Positions 18,647-27,206 of a stretch of DNA of 32,000 bases are shown here, piece by piece. Source of the DNA: Alkalilimnicola ehrlichii MLHE-1 (GTDB taxonomy: Bacteria; Pseudomonadota; Gammaproteobacteria; Nitrococcales; Halorhodospiraceae). Below the pieces are notes generated by a model. The model was given only the letters and a program-made list of their open reading frames with translations, did no database searches and was not told the origin of the DNA. Each line of letters starts with the position of its first letter. The stretch's first letter is position 1. The stretch is from assembly GCF_000014785.1 (NCBI RefSeq), contig NC_008340.1, positions 2,730,001 through 2,762,000 of the forward strand. The letters are read 5' to 3'. The translations under genes were made by a program, and so were the position numbers.

Positions 18647-18856
18647 TCACGGCTCCAGGGTAAAACCGATCTTCAGGGTGACCTGCCAGTGGGCCACGCG
18701 ACCGTCCTCGATATGGCCCCGGGTCTCGGTGACCTCGAACCAGCGCATGTGGTGGAGGGTGCGGGCCGCCCGTTCAACGGCCTGGTTGACGGCATCCTCC
18801 ATGCTCTTGCTGGAGGATCCAGTCAGTTCCACGATCTTGTAGACGTGATCGCTCAT
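18647..18856 (-). CDS. Dodecin-family flavin-binding protein
   Basis: [69 protein letters not shown]. Confidence 0.92.
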   Translation of the reverse strand: MSDHVYKIVELTGSSSKSMEDAVNQAVERAARTLHHMRWFEVTETRGHIEDGRVAHWQVTLKIGFTLEP

Positions 18857-18914
18857 GGTCAGGCTCCTTGGGCGGAGGCCCCGCCCGCTTGTTGCATCGG
18901 TGTCCGGGCGCTGG

Positions 18915-19451
18915 TCAGCGGATGTAGCGCTGCAGCACCTCCCGGAAGACGTCGGTCCCGGCCCGGCGCAGCCACTCAAAGGCCACCATCTCGCGGGTGA
19001 CCACCCAGCAGCCGGCCTGGCGCATGCGCGCCAGCGCGGTGTCGCGATCGTGCGGCCGGCGCGAGCCCACCGCCTCGGCCACCACGAACACCTCGCGCCC
19101 GGCCTCGCGCAGGCCCAGCGCCGTCTGCAGCACGCAGACGTGGGCCTCAGTGCCCACCAGCACCACCTGGGGCTCGTTCAGCTGGCTGAGCGCCTCGGGC
19201 TCGTCCGCCCAGCCGAAGCAGACCTTCTCGTGGATGTGCTCCGCCTCCAACCGCCCCCGCAACAGCGGAATGGTGGGGCCCAGGCCCTCGGGGTACTGCT
19301 CGGTGGCATGGACCGGGATCTTGAGGACCGCCGCCACGTCCATCAGCCAGGCCGTACAGTCCACCACCCGTTCGTGGTCGTGGATCTCGGGCACCAGCTG
19401 CTGTTGGATATCCACCACCAGTAACGACGATTCCTCTGCTTTCAGACGCAT
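18915..19451 (-). CDS. Isochorismatase-like cysteine hydrolase
   Basis: [14 protein letters not shown] ... [12 protein letters not shown] ... [37 protein letters not shown]. Confidence 0.88.
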   Translation of the reverse strand: MRLKAEESSLLVVDIQQQLVPEIHDHERVVDCTAWLMDVAAVLKIPVHATEQYPEGLGPTIPLLRGRLEAEHIHEKVCFGWADEPEALSQLNEPQVVLVGTEAHVCVLQTALGLREAGREVFVVAEAVGSRRPHDRDTALARMRQAGCWVVTREMVAFEWLRRAGTDVFREVLQRYIR

Positions 19452-19513
19452 ACGGGCTCCCGAGGTTTCTGTCTCATAAATTGACGAACCAGTGTAACTA
19501 AACGCTGAGTACA

Positions 19514-19886
19514 CCGTCATCGCGAGCCCCCCTCCCCGCTGCGCGGGCCCGAATCAACGAGGAACGGGGCACCCCCGTCATTGCCAGGGCCGAAGGCTTT
19601 CCCCCCGTCATCGCGAGGGCCGAAGGCCCGTGGCGATCCAGGGCTGTAGACTGCCGCGTCGGCTTCGCCTCCTCGCAGTGACGGTGGGGGGGTAGCCCTT
19701 CCCGCCGTGACGGTGGGGGCGCCACCCCGTCATCGCGAGGAGCGCAGCGACGTGGCGATCCACACGCCGGCATGGACTGCCGCGCCCCTTCGGGGCTCGC
19801 AGTGACGGTGGGGCGGGTCGCCGCTTGCCGTGACGGTGGGGCGGGCCGCCGGCCGCCGTGACGGTGGGGCGGGTCGCCGTGACGGA
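19514..19886. repeat. Interspersed GC-rich repeat cluster 5
   Basis: GCGAGCCCCCCTCCCCGCTGCGCGGGCCCGAATCAACGAGGAACGGGGCACCCCCGTCATTGCCAGGGCCGAAGGC... followed by further arms and short CGTGACGGTGGGGCGGG units. Confidence 0.9.
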
Positions 19887-19925
19887 GTGGGCTTGCCCCA
19901 GCGCTTTCGTCACAAAATAGTTGAC

Positions 19926-20426
19926 CTAGTTAGTGAGTATAATCCCCACGCCGAATCTGACACGCGGGGCGGTACGCTCGGCCTCCACTGCACGTGGCCA
20001 CAGGTGGAGATCATCGGGCACCACCCGGGGGTAGCGATAAGCGGCCTCACCAATGCGGCCGTCCACCACCTCGTCCACCTGTCCCTGCACGGTCAGGCTG
20101 CGACCGGGGGCGTAGTCGGCCGTCTCCAGGTACCCCGGGTGCTCGACCAGGAATCGCCCCCGGGGGGGTTGCCCGGTGCGGGGCCGCTGGCTGCGGTCCA
20201 GGGGATAGGCGAGCACCTCCAGGCGCGTGCGATCCTCCAGGTTCTCACTGGCGACAATGACCCCGCCCCAGACCACCGGCTGGTCCACGTGGTCGGGGGC
20301 ATCGGCAGCCAGCCGTTGGGGCGTCAGGTCAGGATCAACCTGAGCGGTGTCGTAGCGGGGGCCGGTGGCACAGGCGGCAAGCGCCAGGGCCAGCAACACC
20401 ACGAGTAGTGCTCGCGAAACGGTCAT
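19926..20426 (-). CDS. Slp-family outer-membrane lipoprotein (copy A)
   Basis: Lipobox LALAAC; RLAADAPDHVDQPVVWGGVIVASENLEDRTRLEVLAYPLDRSQRPRTGQPPRGRFLVEHPGYLETADYAPGRSLTVQGQV. Confidence 0.82.
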   Translation of the reverse strand: MTVSRALLVVLLALALAACATGPRYDTAQVDPDLTPQRLAADAPDHVDQPVVWGGVIVASENLEDRTRLEVLAYPLDRSQRPRTGQPPRGRFLVEHPGYLETADYAPGRSLTVQGQVDEVVDGRIGEAAYRYPRVVPDDLHLWPRAVEAERTAPRVRFGVGIILTN

Positions 20427-20437
20427 GCGCACGGGCT

Positions 20438-20983
20438 TCACCAATAGGGTCCGTAGAAGGGATGGCGGTAGTAGCGCGGAAAGGGGCCGTACCAGGGGTC
20501 ATACCAGGGATCGTAGAAGGGGTCCCGGCGGTAGCTGGGGACCGGCTCGCGCTCCGGCCACAGGTGGTAGACCTCGACCCGCACCCACGGGAAGGTGTAG
20601 CGGTAATCCCCCACGGCCTGCTCCCGCAGCCCCTCAAAGGTACCCACCACCGTGATCGCACGGCCAGGCGCGTGGATGGCGGGGTCGAGAAAGCCCGGCA
20701 CACGGGCCAGGAAGCGGCCGGGGCTGTCATCGTCCCGCTCCGCCGGGCGCCCCCCGACCTGCAACCGGCGGGCGACCACCTCCAGCTCGGTGTGATCGGA
20801 GCGGTTGCGCACCTCGGCAATCACCCCACCCCAGCGCACCGTGCGCCCGGCATGGGCGTCCGGGTCGGCCCGCGCCTCGGCCAAGTCCGGGGCCTCTGGC
20901 GGGGCGCTGCGGATAGGTTCCGGGGCACCGGGCGCGCAGCCCGCCAGCAACAGCACCAACATCAGGGCAATCAGGACCTTCAT
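20438..20983 (-). CDS. Slp-family outer-membrane lipoprotein (copy B), Tyr/Pro-rich C-terminus
   Basis: Lipobox LLLAGC; HAGRTVRWGGVIAEVRNRSDHTELEVVARRLQVGGRP...GRFLARVPGFLDPAIHAPGRAITVVGTFEG, parallel to copy A. Confidence 0.82.
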   Translation of the reverse strand: MKVLIALMLVLLLAGCAPGAPEPIRSAPPEAPDLAEARADPDAHAGRTVRWGGVIAEVRNRSDHTELEVVARRLQVGGRPAERDDDSPGRFLARVPGFLDPAIHAPGRAITVVGTFEGLREQAVGDYRYTFPWVRVEVYHLWPEREPVPSYRRDPFYDPWYDPWYGPFPRYYRHPFYGPYW

Positions 20984-21027
20984 AGCGCACCTCCGTGGCC
21001 CTTGGACCGCCCCGGCACCACTGCGGT

Positions 21028-21660
21028 TCAGTCCATGGCCAGGCGGTCGATCACGGGCAGACACTCCGGGCCGTGGAAATGCAGGCCCAGGTCCTTGAGG
21101 CGACCGCTGGCCAGCCCGTAGATCCAACCATGCACCGACAGCGGCTGCCCCCGCTGCCAGGCCTGTTGTACCACCGTGCTGCGGCAGACATTGCGCACGC
21201 TCTGCTGGACGTTCAATTCGCACAGCAGATCCACCTGCCGCTCCTCGGGCAGATCGCGAAACTGCCCTTCATTCAGATGATAGACGTCCTCGATGTGGCG
21301 CAACCAGTTGTTGACGAAGCCCACGTACTGGTTGCTCAGCGCCGCCTTCACCCCGCCACAGCCGTAGTGGCCACAGACGATGATGTGCCGCACCTTGAGG
21401 ACATCCACGGCGTACTGCAGCACACTCAGGCAATTCACATCGGCGTGGGTGACCACATTGGCGATGTTCCGGTGGACGAACAGTTCGCCCGGCGGCATGT
21501 CGACGATCTCGCTGGCCGGCACCCGGCTGTCCGAGCAGCCAATCCAGAGGTACTCGGGCTTCTGTTCCCTGGCGAGCCGCTGGAAGAACGCCGGATCCTC
21601 CCGCTGCTTGCGCTCGGCCCAGGCCTGGTTGTTGGCCAATAGGTCTTTCAATTCGGGCAT
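21028..21660 (-). CDS. can: Beta-class carbonic anhydrase
   Basis: WIGCSDSRVPASEI, VHRNIANVV, HIIVCGHYGCGGVKAAL: zinc-ligand Cys/Asp/His/Cys pattern of beta-CA. Confidence 0.93.
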   Translation of the reverse strand: MPELKDLLANNQAWAERKQREDPAFFQRLAREQKPEYLWIGCSDSRVPASEIVDMPPGELFVHRNIANVVTHADVNCLSVLQYAVDVLKVRHIIVCGHYGCGGVKAALSNQYVGFVNNWLRHIEDVYHLNEGQFRDLPEERQVDLLCELNVQQSVRNVCRSTVVQQAWQRGQPLSVHGWIYGLASGRLKDLGLHFHGPECLPVIDRLAMD

Positions 21661-21760
21661 GGGGCCTCCTGGTCGGTGAATGGGACGGGACTATCGGCCA
21701 AGATACCGCAACCGGCCGGCTTGTGAAGCACCGGCCACCTCCCTCGGCTGGGCCGCCCCC

Positions 21761-22525
21761 TCAGGCCAGGTGATGGCCGGGCAGGCCTTCCAAGTGCTGG
21801 CGCACCTCATCCCAGAGGGCCTCGTAGGCACGGGCCGCCGGGCTGGTGGGGGCGAAGTCGCAGACCGGCCGTTGGTGCAGGCCCATCTGCTCAACCTGGG
21901 TGCTGTAGGGGATGGCCGGGCCAAGCAGCCGCTTCATGTTCAATGGCGGCTGCTCCACCAGTTGCCGGTGCATTCCCCTCCGGCGGTCCACCATTGACCA
22001 GAAGGGCACCAGCTTGCGCCGCGGAAGCTCGTGCTGTTTGAAAAACGCGCGCAGCTGTGCCCAGGCCCGCAGCGACAACGGTGTCGGCACCAGCGGCACC
22101 AGCACCCGGCTGGCGGCACGGAAGACGTTCTCCGACAGGCGGGAGAAGCTGGGCGGGCAGTCGAGCACCGCAAGGGCGTAGCGCTCCGAGAGCGGTTCCA
22201 GAAGCTGGTGGAGCCGGTCGTCCCCGCCCTTCTCGTCCAGGTGGAGATCCAGGTGGCGGTAGCGCTCGTCCGCTGGCAGCAGCTGCAGGTTGTCCCAGGC
22301 GGTGTCGCACAGCTCGCGGCCGATGGGGCGCTTGCCGCTGAGCAGCTTGCGGGGCTTGCCTTGGAGCCCCTCCTCCACCCCCAGGTACCAGCTCGCCGCT
22401 CCCTGCGCGTCCAGGTCCCAGAACACCGTGGGCAGCCCGTCGCGGGCGGCGAGCCAGGCCAGGTTGACGGCGGCGGCGGTCTTGCCGACGCCCCCCTTCA
22501 GGTTGTAAAAGGCGATAACTTCCAA
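21761..22525 (-). CDS. ParA/MinD-type ATPase (orphan), proposed TTG start
   Basis: (M)EVIAFYNLKGGVGKTAAAVNLAW deviant Walker A; VFWDLDAQGAASWYLG; VLDCPPSFSRLSENVFRAASRVLVPLVPTPLS. TTG at 22525 is preceded by GGAGGATCT. Confidence 0.85.
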   Translation of the reverse strand: MEVIAFYNLKGGVGKTAAAVNLAWLAARDGLPTVFWDLDAQGAASWYLGVEEGLQGKPRKLLSGKRPIGRELCDTAWDNLQLLPADERYRHLDLHLDEKGGDDRLHQLLEPLSERYALAVLDCPPSFSRLSENVFRAASRVLVPLVPTPLSLRAWAQLRAFFKQHELPRRKLVPFWSMVDRRRGMHRQLVEQPPLNMKRLLGPAIPYSTQVEQMGLHQRPVCDFAPTSPAARAYEALWDEVRQHLEGLPGHHLA

Positions 22526-22572
22526 AGATCCTCCAGGGCACACACCCCCGCAAGGGGGCGCTACCGAATGGT

Positions 22573-23496
22573 TCAGACGGTGCCGCCCTCGTGGCCCAGC
22601 TCCTCGCGCCAGACCTCCCACCAGGCCCGGAGACGGCGCGACAGGGCGCCCGGGCGGTCGGCGTACAGGCGCCGGCCCAGGCGCAGGGCGGGCAGGCGCA
22701 GCTCGTCGTGGCGTTGGGCGATCATGCCGCGGATCAGGCGCCGGTGGACCTCGCCGACATGACCGGGTTCGTCCACCAGGAGCTGGTCCAATACCTGTAG
22801 ATCGTGATCGTCACCGAGCAGATCGGAGAGGGTCTTCAGTTCCGATTGCAGGGTCTTCATCAGCGGTGACCAGAGCAGACGCAGCACCTGCACATGGTAC
22901 CAGTAGTCCTTCACCCGCTTGCGCCATTCGTGCCAGGCCTCCGGGTCGTCGCTGAACCGGCTGGCCTGGAATGCCTGACCGCCGGCCTGATAACAGCGCT
23001 GGAAACCGGCCAGAAAGGCATCCGCCCCCTCGGCCTTCGATGGCCAGTCGGCGATGCGTTCGCGGGCGCCGTGCAGCTCGTCGACCAGGTTCGCCATCTG
23101 CCCGGCCAGGTCCCCCTCCTCCGCGGCCAGTCGGTCGCGGCGAACCTCAAGGGCCCGCTGACAGGCCCCCAGCGCCTCCTGTTGGGTGGGCAGCCGGAAC
23201 CGCTCGCTCAGGGCATCCACCGTTTCCAGCACTGCCTGGGCGTCGCGATAGCCGGACAGGGCGCGGGCCTGGTCCCGATACCAGGCGTTCTCCGCCTGCG
23301 CCCGCTTGCGCCCCAGCGTCGGGCGGAATAGCCGGAGCAGGGCGCGCAGCTCCTTGAAGCGCTTGCGCGCCTGGTGCACCGCCTCGTGGGGATCGCCACC
23401 GCCCTGCAACACCTCAATGGCCGCATCCACCCGGCCCCGGGCCAGCTTGCGGATGTCCGCAGCGAGCGCCCTGCGTCCTTCCAGCCGGAATGCCAT
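22573..23496 (-). CDS. CHAD-domain protein
   Basis: DPHEAVHQARKRFKELRALLRLFRPTLG and HEWRKRVKDYWYHVQVLRLL conserved His/Lys/Arg helices typical of CHAD. Confidence 0.85.
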   Translation of the reverse strand: MAFRLEGRRALAADIRKLARGRVDAAIEVLQGGGDPHEAVHQARKRFKELRALLRLFRPTLGRKRAQAENAWYRDQARALSGYRDAQAVLETVDALSERFRLPTQQEALGACQRALEVRRDRLAAEEGDLAGQMANLVDELHGARERIADWPSKAEGADAFLAGFQRCYQAGGQAFQASRFSDDPEAWHEWRKRVKDYWYHVQVLRLLWSPLMKTLQSELKTLSDLLGDDHDLQVLDQLLVDEPGHVGEVHRRLIRGMIAQRHDELRLPALRLGRRLYADRPGALSRRLRAWWEVWREELGHEGGTV

Positions 23497-23533
23497 GTCC
23501 CTCTCCAGTGTCTTCCTGACCTCAGGGTACCTT

Positions 23534-23562
23534 ATATAATAATGGAATTAATCATAGTCCAA
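23534..23562 (-). promoter_or_regulatory. Candidate sigma-70 promoter for the CHAD gene
   Basis: Reverse strand TTGGAC-N17-TTATAT (or N18-TATATA) in a short AT-rich patch just upstream of the CHAD start. Confidence 0.5.
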
Positions 23563-23611
23563 CACGGGGTTTTGCTGCAGAACGGCAACCGGGCCGGCCG
23601 CCACGGAGCGG

Positions 23612-25567
23612 TCAACCCAACGCGGCCTCGGCCGCCTCCAACGCCTCCAGGGCCTCCATCCAGTCCGCCTCCAAGGCCTCCTGGCGGGCCTTGAGCACCC
23701 CCTGCCGGTGCAGCAGTTCGGTCAGGCGGTCCTTGCCCGCTGCCTCGTACAAAGCGGGCTCACCCAGGGCCCTCTCCACGTCAGCCAGCTCCCCGCTCAG
23801 TTCATCCAGCGCCTTCTCCAACTGCTCGGCCTTGCGACGCAACGGGCGAAGCTGCTCGCGTTGCCGCGCCTGGGCGCGGCGCTGGGCCTTGCGCGATTCA
23901 GCCGTGTGCGCCGGGGAGGACCCGTGCCGCGGTTCGTCGCCATCAGGCGCGGGCCCGGTCCCGGCAGAGGCGACGCCGTTGACGGCCTTCTGCGCCTCGC
24001 GCCATTCGAGGAACCACTGGCGGTAGGTCTCCAGGTCGCCGTCCAGCGGGCGGACGCGGCCCTCGGCCACCAGGTAGTACTCATCGCAGGTGGTGGTGAG
24101 CAGGTGACGGTCGTGGGAGACGAGGACCACGGCGCCTTCGTATTCCTGCAAGGCGACGGTCAGGGCGTGGCGCATCTCCAGGTCCAGGTGGTTGGTGGGC
24201 TCGTCCAACAGCAACAGGTTGGGCCGCTGCCAGACCAGCAGTGCCAGCACCAGGCGGGCCTTTTCACCACCGCTGAAGGGGGCCACGGCACGGTCCGCAT
24301 CGTCGCCGGAGAAGCCGAAACCGCCGATAAAGTTGCGCAGGGTCTGTTCCTGCGCCTTCGGGGCCAGGCGCTGCAGGTGCAGCAGCGGCGAGGCCTGGCC
24401 ATCCAGTTGCTCCAGTTGATGCTGGGCGAAGTAGCCCACGGCCAGCCCCTGACTGCCGGTGATCTGGCCCGCCTGGGGTTTCAACTCGCCGGCCAGGGCG
24501 CGGATGAAGGTGGACTTGCCGGCCCCGTTCGGTCCCAGCAGGCCCATCCGCTCCCCCGGGCGCAGCGAGAGCTGAATCCGGCGCAGGACCGGGTCACCGC
24601 CATAGCCCAAATCCACCCGGTCGAGCACCAGCAGCGGGTTGGCGGCCCGGGGCGGGTCGGGGAAGTGGAACTCGAAGGGCGCGTCCACGTGCGCCGGGGC
24701 GATGCGCTCCATCCGCTCCAGCGCCTTGATACGGCTCTGCGCCGCCTTGGCCTTGTTGGCCTGGGCGCGGAAGCGGTCGATGAATTTGTGCAGATGGGCA
24801 ATCTCCGCCTGCTGCTTCTCGTACTGGGCCTGCTGTTGCGCCAGGCGCTCGGCGCGGCGCTTTTCGAAGTCGCTGTAGCCGCCCGTATAGTGCACCAGCC
24901 GCCGGCCATCGAAGTGGACGATGCCCTGGACCACGGTGTCGAGGAAGTCGCGGTCGTGGGAGATGAGCAGCAGCGCCCCCGGGTACTGGCAGAGCCACTG
25001 CTCCAGCCAGAGCACAGCCTCCAGGTCCAGGTGGTTGGTGGGCTCGTCCAACAGCAGCAGGTCGGAGGGCTGGATGAGCGCGCGGGCCAGGTTGAGGCGC
25101 ATGCGCCAGCCGCCGGAGAAATCGCTCACCGGCCGGGCCCGCCCGGCGGCGTCAAAACCCAGCCCCTCCAGCAGGGTCTCCGCCCGGGAGGCGGCGGTGT
25201 AGCCGTCGATGGCGTCCAGGCGGGCGTGCAGTTGCCCCATGGCCTCGCCGTCGCCCGCCGCTTCCGCCTCGGCCAGCCGCGCCTGGAGTGCTCGCAGCTC
25301 CAGGTGGCCATCCAGCACGTAGTCCAGGGCGCTGCTGGCCAGCGCCGGGGTCTCCTGGACCACATGGGCGATACGCCAATCACGGGGGATGCCCACCTCG
25401 CCGGCGTCCGGGCCGATCTCGCCCTGCAGCAGGGCGAACAGGGTGCTCTTGCCGCAGCCGTTGGGACCGACCAGGCCGAGGCGCTGCCCCGGGTAGACGG
25501 TGAGACTGGCCTGGTGGAGGAGTTCCTCGGGGCCGCGGGAAAGGGTGATGTCCTTGAGGGTGATCAT
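23612..25567 (-). CDS. ABC-F family ATP-binding protein (YheS/Uup-like)
   Basis: Two ABC cassettes: GPNGCGKST ... LLLDEPTNHLD and GPNGAGKST ... LLLDEPTNHLD, with linker and coiled-coil C-terminus; start MITLKDITLSRGPEELL at 25567. Confidence 0.9.
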   Translation of the reverse strand: MITLKDITLSRGPEELLHQASLTVYPGQRLGLVGPNGCGKSTLFALLQGEIGPDAGEVGIPRDWRIAHVVQETPALASSALDYVLDGHLELRALQARLAEAEAAGDGEAMGQLHARLDAIDGYTAASRAETLLEGLGFDAAGRARPVSDFSGGWRMRLNLARALIQPSDLLLLDEPTNHLDLEAVLWLEQWLCQYPGALLLISHDRDFLDTVVQGIVHFDGRRLVHYTGGYSDFEKRRAERLAQQQAQYEKQQAEIAHLHKFIDRFRAQANKAKAAQSRIKALERMERIAPAHVDAPFEFHFPDPPRAANPLLVLDRVDLGYGGDPVLRRIQLSLRPGERMGLLGPNGAGKSTFIRALAGELKPQAGQITGSQGLAVGYFAQHQLEQLDGQASPLLHLQRLAPKAQEQTLRNFIGGFGFSGDDADRAVAPFSGGEKARLVLALLVWQRPNLLLLDEPTNHLDLEMRHALTVALQEYEGAVVLVSHDRHLLTTTCDEYYLVAEGRVRPLDGDLETYRQWFLEWREAQKAVNGVASAGTGPAPDGDEPRHGSSPAHTAESRKAQRRAQARQREQLRPLRRKAEQLEKALDELSGELADVERALGEPALYEAAGKDRLTELLHRQGVLKARQEALEADWMEALEALEAAEAALG

Positions 25568-25870
25568 GGCTGGGATTCTACCAGCCGATGGTGCCAAGGC
25601 GTCAGGGCGATGCCCCAGGCGGATGCGCACGCAAACCCCGTCGCGGCGACCCTGTGCCACAGCCCTTGGGGTTCACTCACGCACCAATATACGCCACCAA
25701 ACGCAGCGAACACCAAACCATTGCTGCCCCGTGCAACCCCTATATTTGGAATGCACACAATACGTCGCCACCCCCCGGAACAGGGCTGCGCAATACATTG
25801 ATTTTATGGAGGTGGCATTATCCTGGAGCAGAATGATCAGGAATAACCAGGTCCTACTAGCTCGGTCTTT

Positions 25871-25886
25871 TTTACCATTTCGTAAC
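25871..25886. promoter_or_regulatory. Candidate activator site 1: TTTACCATTTCGTAAC
   Basis: Shares TTACC-N5/6-GTAAC arrangement with the palindrome at 25913; start-to-start spacing is exactly 42 bp. Confidence 0.5.
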
Positions 25887-25912
25887 AGAAAAGACATCGT
25901 TTCTAACCACCC

Positions 25913-25928
25913 GTTACCGCACGGTAAC
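25913..25928. promoter_or_regulatory. Candidate activator site 2: palindrome GTTACCG-CA-CGGTAAC
   Basis: Perfect 7-bp inverted repeat, about 70 bp upstream of the sigma-54 -24 element. Confidence 0.6.
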
Positions 25929-25981
25929 AACGGCCCGACCGGGCGGTGCCCAAGCGACTACTTAGGCAGGGCTTTTTCTGT

Positions 25982-25998
25982 TTGGCATTGCATTTGCT
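25982..25998 (+). promoter_or_regulatory. Candidate sigma-54 (RpoN) promoter: TTGGCATTGCATTTGCT
   Basis: GG (25984-25985) and GC (25996-25997) separated by exactly 10 nt; close match to YTGGCACGRNNNTTGCW; about 46 bp upstream of the ATG at 26044. Confidence 0.75.
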
Positions 25999-26043
25999 TA
26001 AACCCCTCACCGAAAACCGCCGATTCGGCTAGGAGATCCGGTA

Positions 26044-27153
26044 ATGAGTAGCGATAGCACAGTGATTCCAAGAGATACCAATAGCGGCTGGGCCGCGGAA
26101 CGGGCTCGCCGCGGCGGCAGGCAGCGCCACTCCAAGTGGTGGCTGCTCGCCGTCATCGTCTCAGTGACGCTAAGCCTTCCGCTCAGCGGCTACCTGGCGC
26201 CGGCGGCCGCCAGCCAAGGCGCGGATCTGGCGGGGTTCTATCCTGAGAGCCAGATCAGCTACAGCTGGTCGTCGCTACGCGAAGGGCCCCTCACGATCTT
26301 CGCCCTACTGGCCATCGCCGGGTCGATACTCGTCTTTCTCGCGTTCCATCTGTTCGCCGGCAAGGTAAGGATTGACGGCGGCCGGTCCGGCACCACCGTG
26401 CCGAGGTGGAGCAGGTTCGAGCGCCTTCTGCACTGGCTGCTCGCCGGCTCGTTCATCGTGCTGGCGATCACCGGCCTATCGCTGTTCTTCGGTCGGTACG
26501 CGCTGATGCCCTTGCTGGGGGAGAGGGGTTTCTCCACCTACGCCTCGGGGGCGATCTGGATTCATGAAACCATCGGGCTGGTATTCGTGGCCCTCCTGGT
26601 CGCCGCCATCCTGCAGTGGATAAAGGGCAACCTTTTCCGGAGCTACGACTGGCAATGGTTCAAGCAGGGCGGCGGCTATATCGGCGATCGCAACACCCAC
26701 CCGCCGGCAGGGAAGGCGAACGGCGGCGAAAAGCTCTACTTCTGGCTCGGCATCGTTAGCATGGGGTCGGTCACAGCGATCACCGGTCTCGTACTCTACT
26801 TCACCACTTGGACCGGATCGGAGGGCTTGGTCGCCTGGTCGTTGATTTTCCATGTGCTCGGCGCCGCAGGATTCATCGCCCTGGCGATCGGCCATGTCTA
26901 CCTGGGTGCCATCGGCAATGAAGGGACGCTGGAGGGCATGGTGAGCGGCCGGGTGGACTGCAACTGGGCGAAACAGCACCACAACATCTGGTACGAAGAG
27001 ATCCTCCAGGACGGCGTGCAGCCGGAGCCCGCGAGCACGTCTGCGGCAGACGCCTCCGTGCCGAGCGCAAAGAGTTCGAAGTCCACGGCAACCGACGCCG
27101 CGTCATTGACGATTCGGACCGACGATGCGCCGGCGCGTCGCCCTTTGTCTTGA
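26044..27153 (+). CDS. Membrane cytochrome b subunit, FdnI/FdoI/PhsC-like, of a molybdoenzyme
   Basis: SD AGGAG; RFERLLHWLLAGSFIVLAITGLSLFFGRYAL, WIHETIGLVFVALLVAA, KLYFWLGIVSMGSVTAITGLVLYF, IFHVLGAAGFIALAIGHVYLGAIGNEGTLEGMVSGRVDCNWAKQHHNIWYEE: His placement and C-terminal motif of FDH gamma-type cytochromes. Confidence 0.85.
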   Translation: MSSDSTVIPRDTNSGWAAERARRGGRQRHSKWWLLAVIVSVTLSLPLSGYLAPAAASQGADLAGFYPESQISYSWSSLREGPLTIFALLAIAGSILVFLAFHLFAGKVRIDGGRSGTTVPRWSRFERLLHWLLAGSFIVLAITGLSLFFGRYALMPLLGERGFSTYASGAIWIHETIGLVFVALLVAAILQWIKGNLFRSYDWQWFKQGGGYIGDRNTHPPAGKANGGEKLYFWLGIVSMGSVTAITGLVLYFTTWTGSEGLVAWSLIFHVLGAAGFIALAIGHVYLGAIGNEGTLEGMVSGRVDCNWAKQHHNIWYEEILQDGVQPEPASTSAADASVPSAKSSKSTATDAASLTIRTDDAPARRPLS

Positions 27154-27206
27154 GCCGAGCGCCCCGGGAAGTCCCCTGTGGCCGTAGGCTATTGAATGAG
27201 TTTGTT

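Noticed and set aside
19921-19943. TTGACC...TATAAT resembling a sigma-70 promoter
   Set aside because: The spacer is only 11 nt, it overlaps the stop codon end of the Slp copy A gene, and no plus-strand gene follows.
23708-25801. Long plus-strand ORF (697 aa) opposite the ABC-F gene, and similar antisense ORFs at 8052-9284, 16346-17614, 13192-15159 and 275-1246
   Set aside because: Antisense open frames are common in high-GC coding DNA; the opposite strands have unmistakable protein motifs and the antisense products show none.
25500-26051. Plus-strand ORF ending MEVALSWSRMIRNNQVLLARSFLPFRN...
   Set aside because: It crosses the ABC-F start region, covers the sigma-54 promoter and palindromes, overlaps the cytochrome b start out of frame, and has no recognisable domain.
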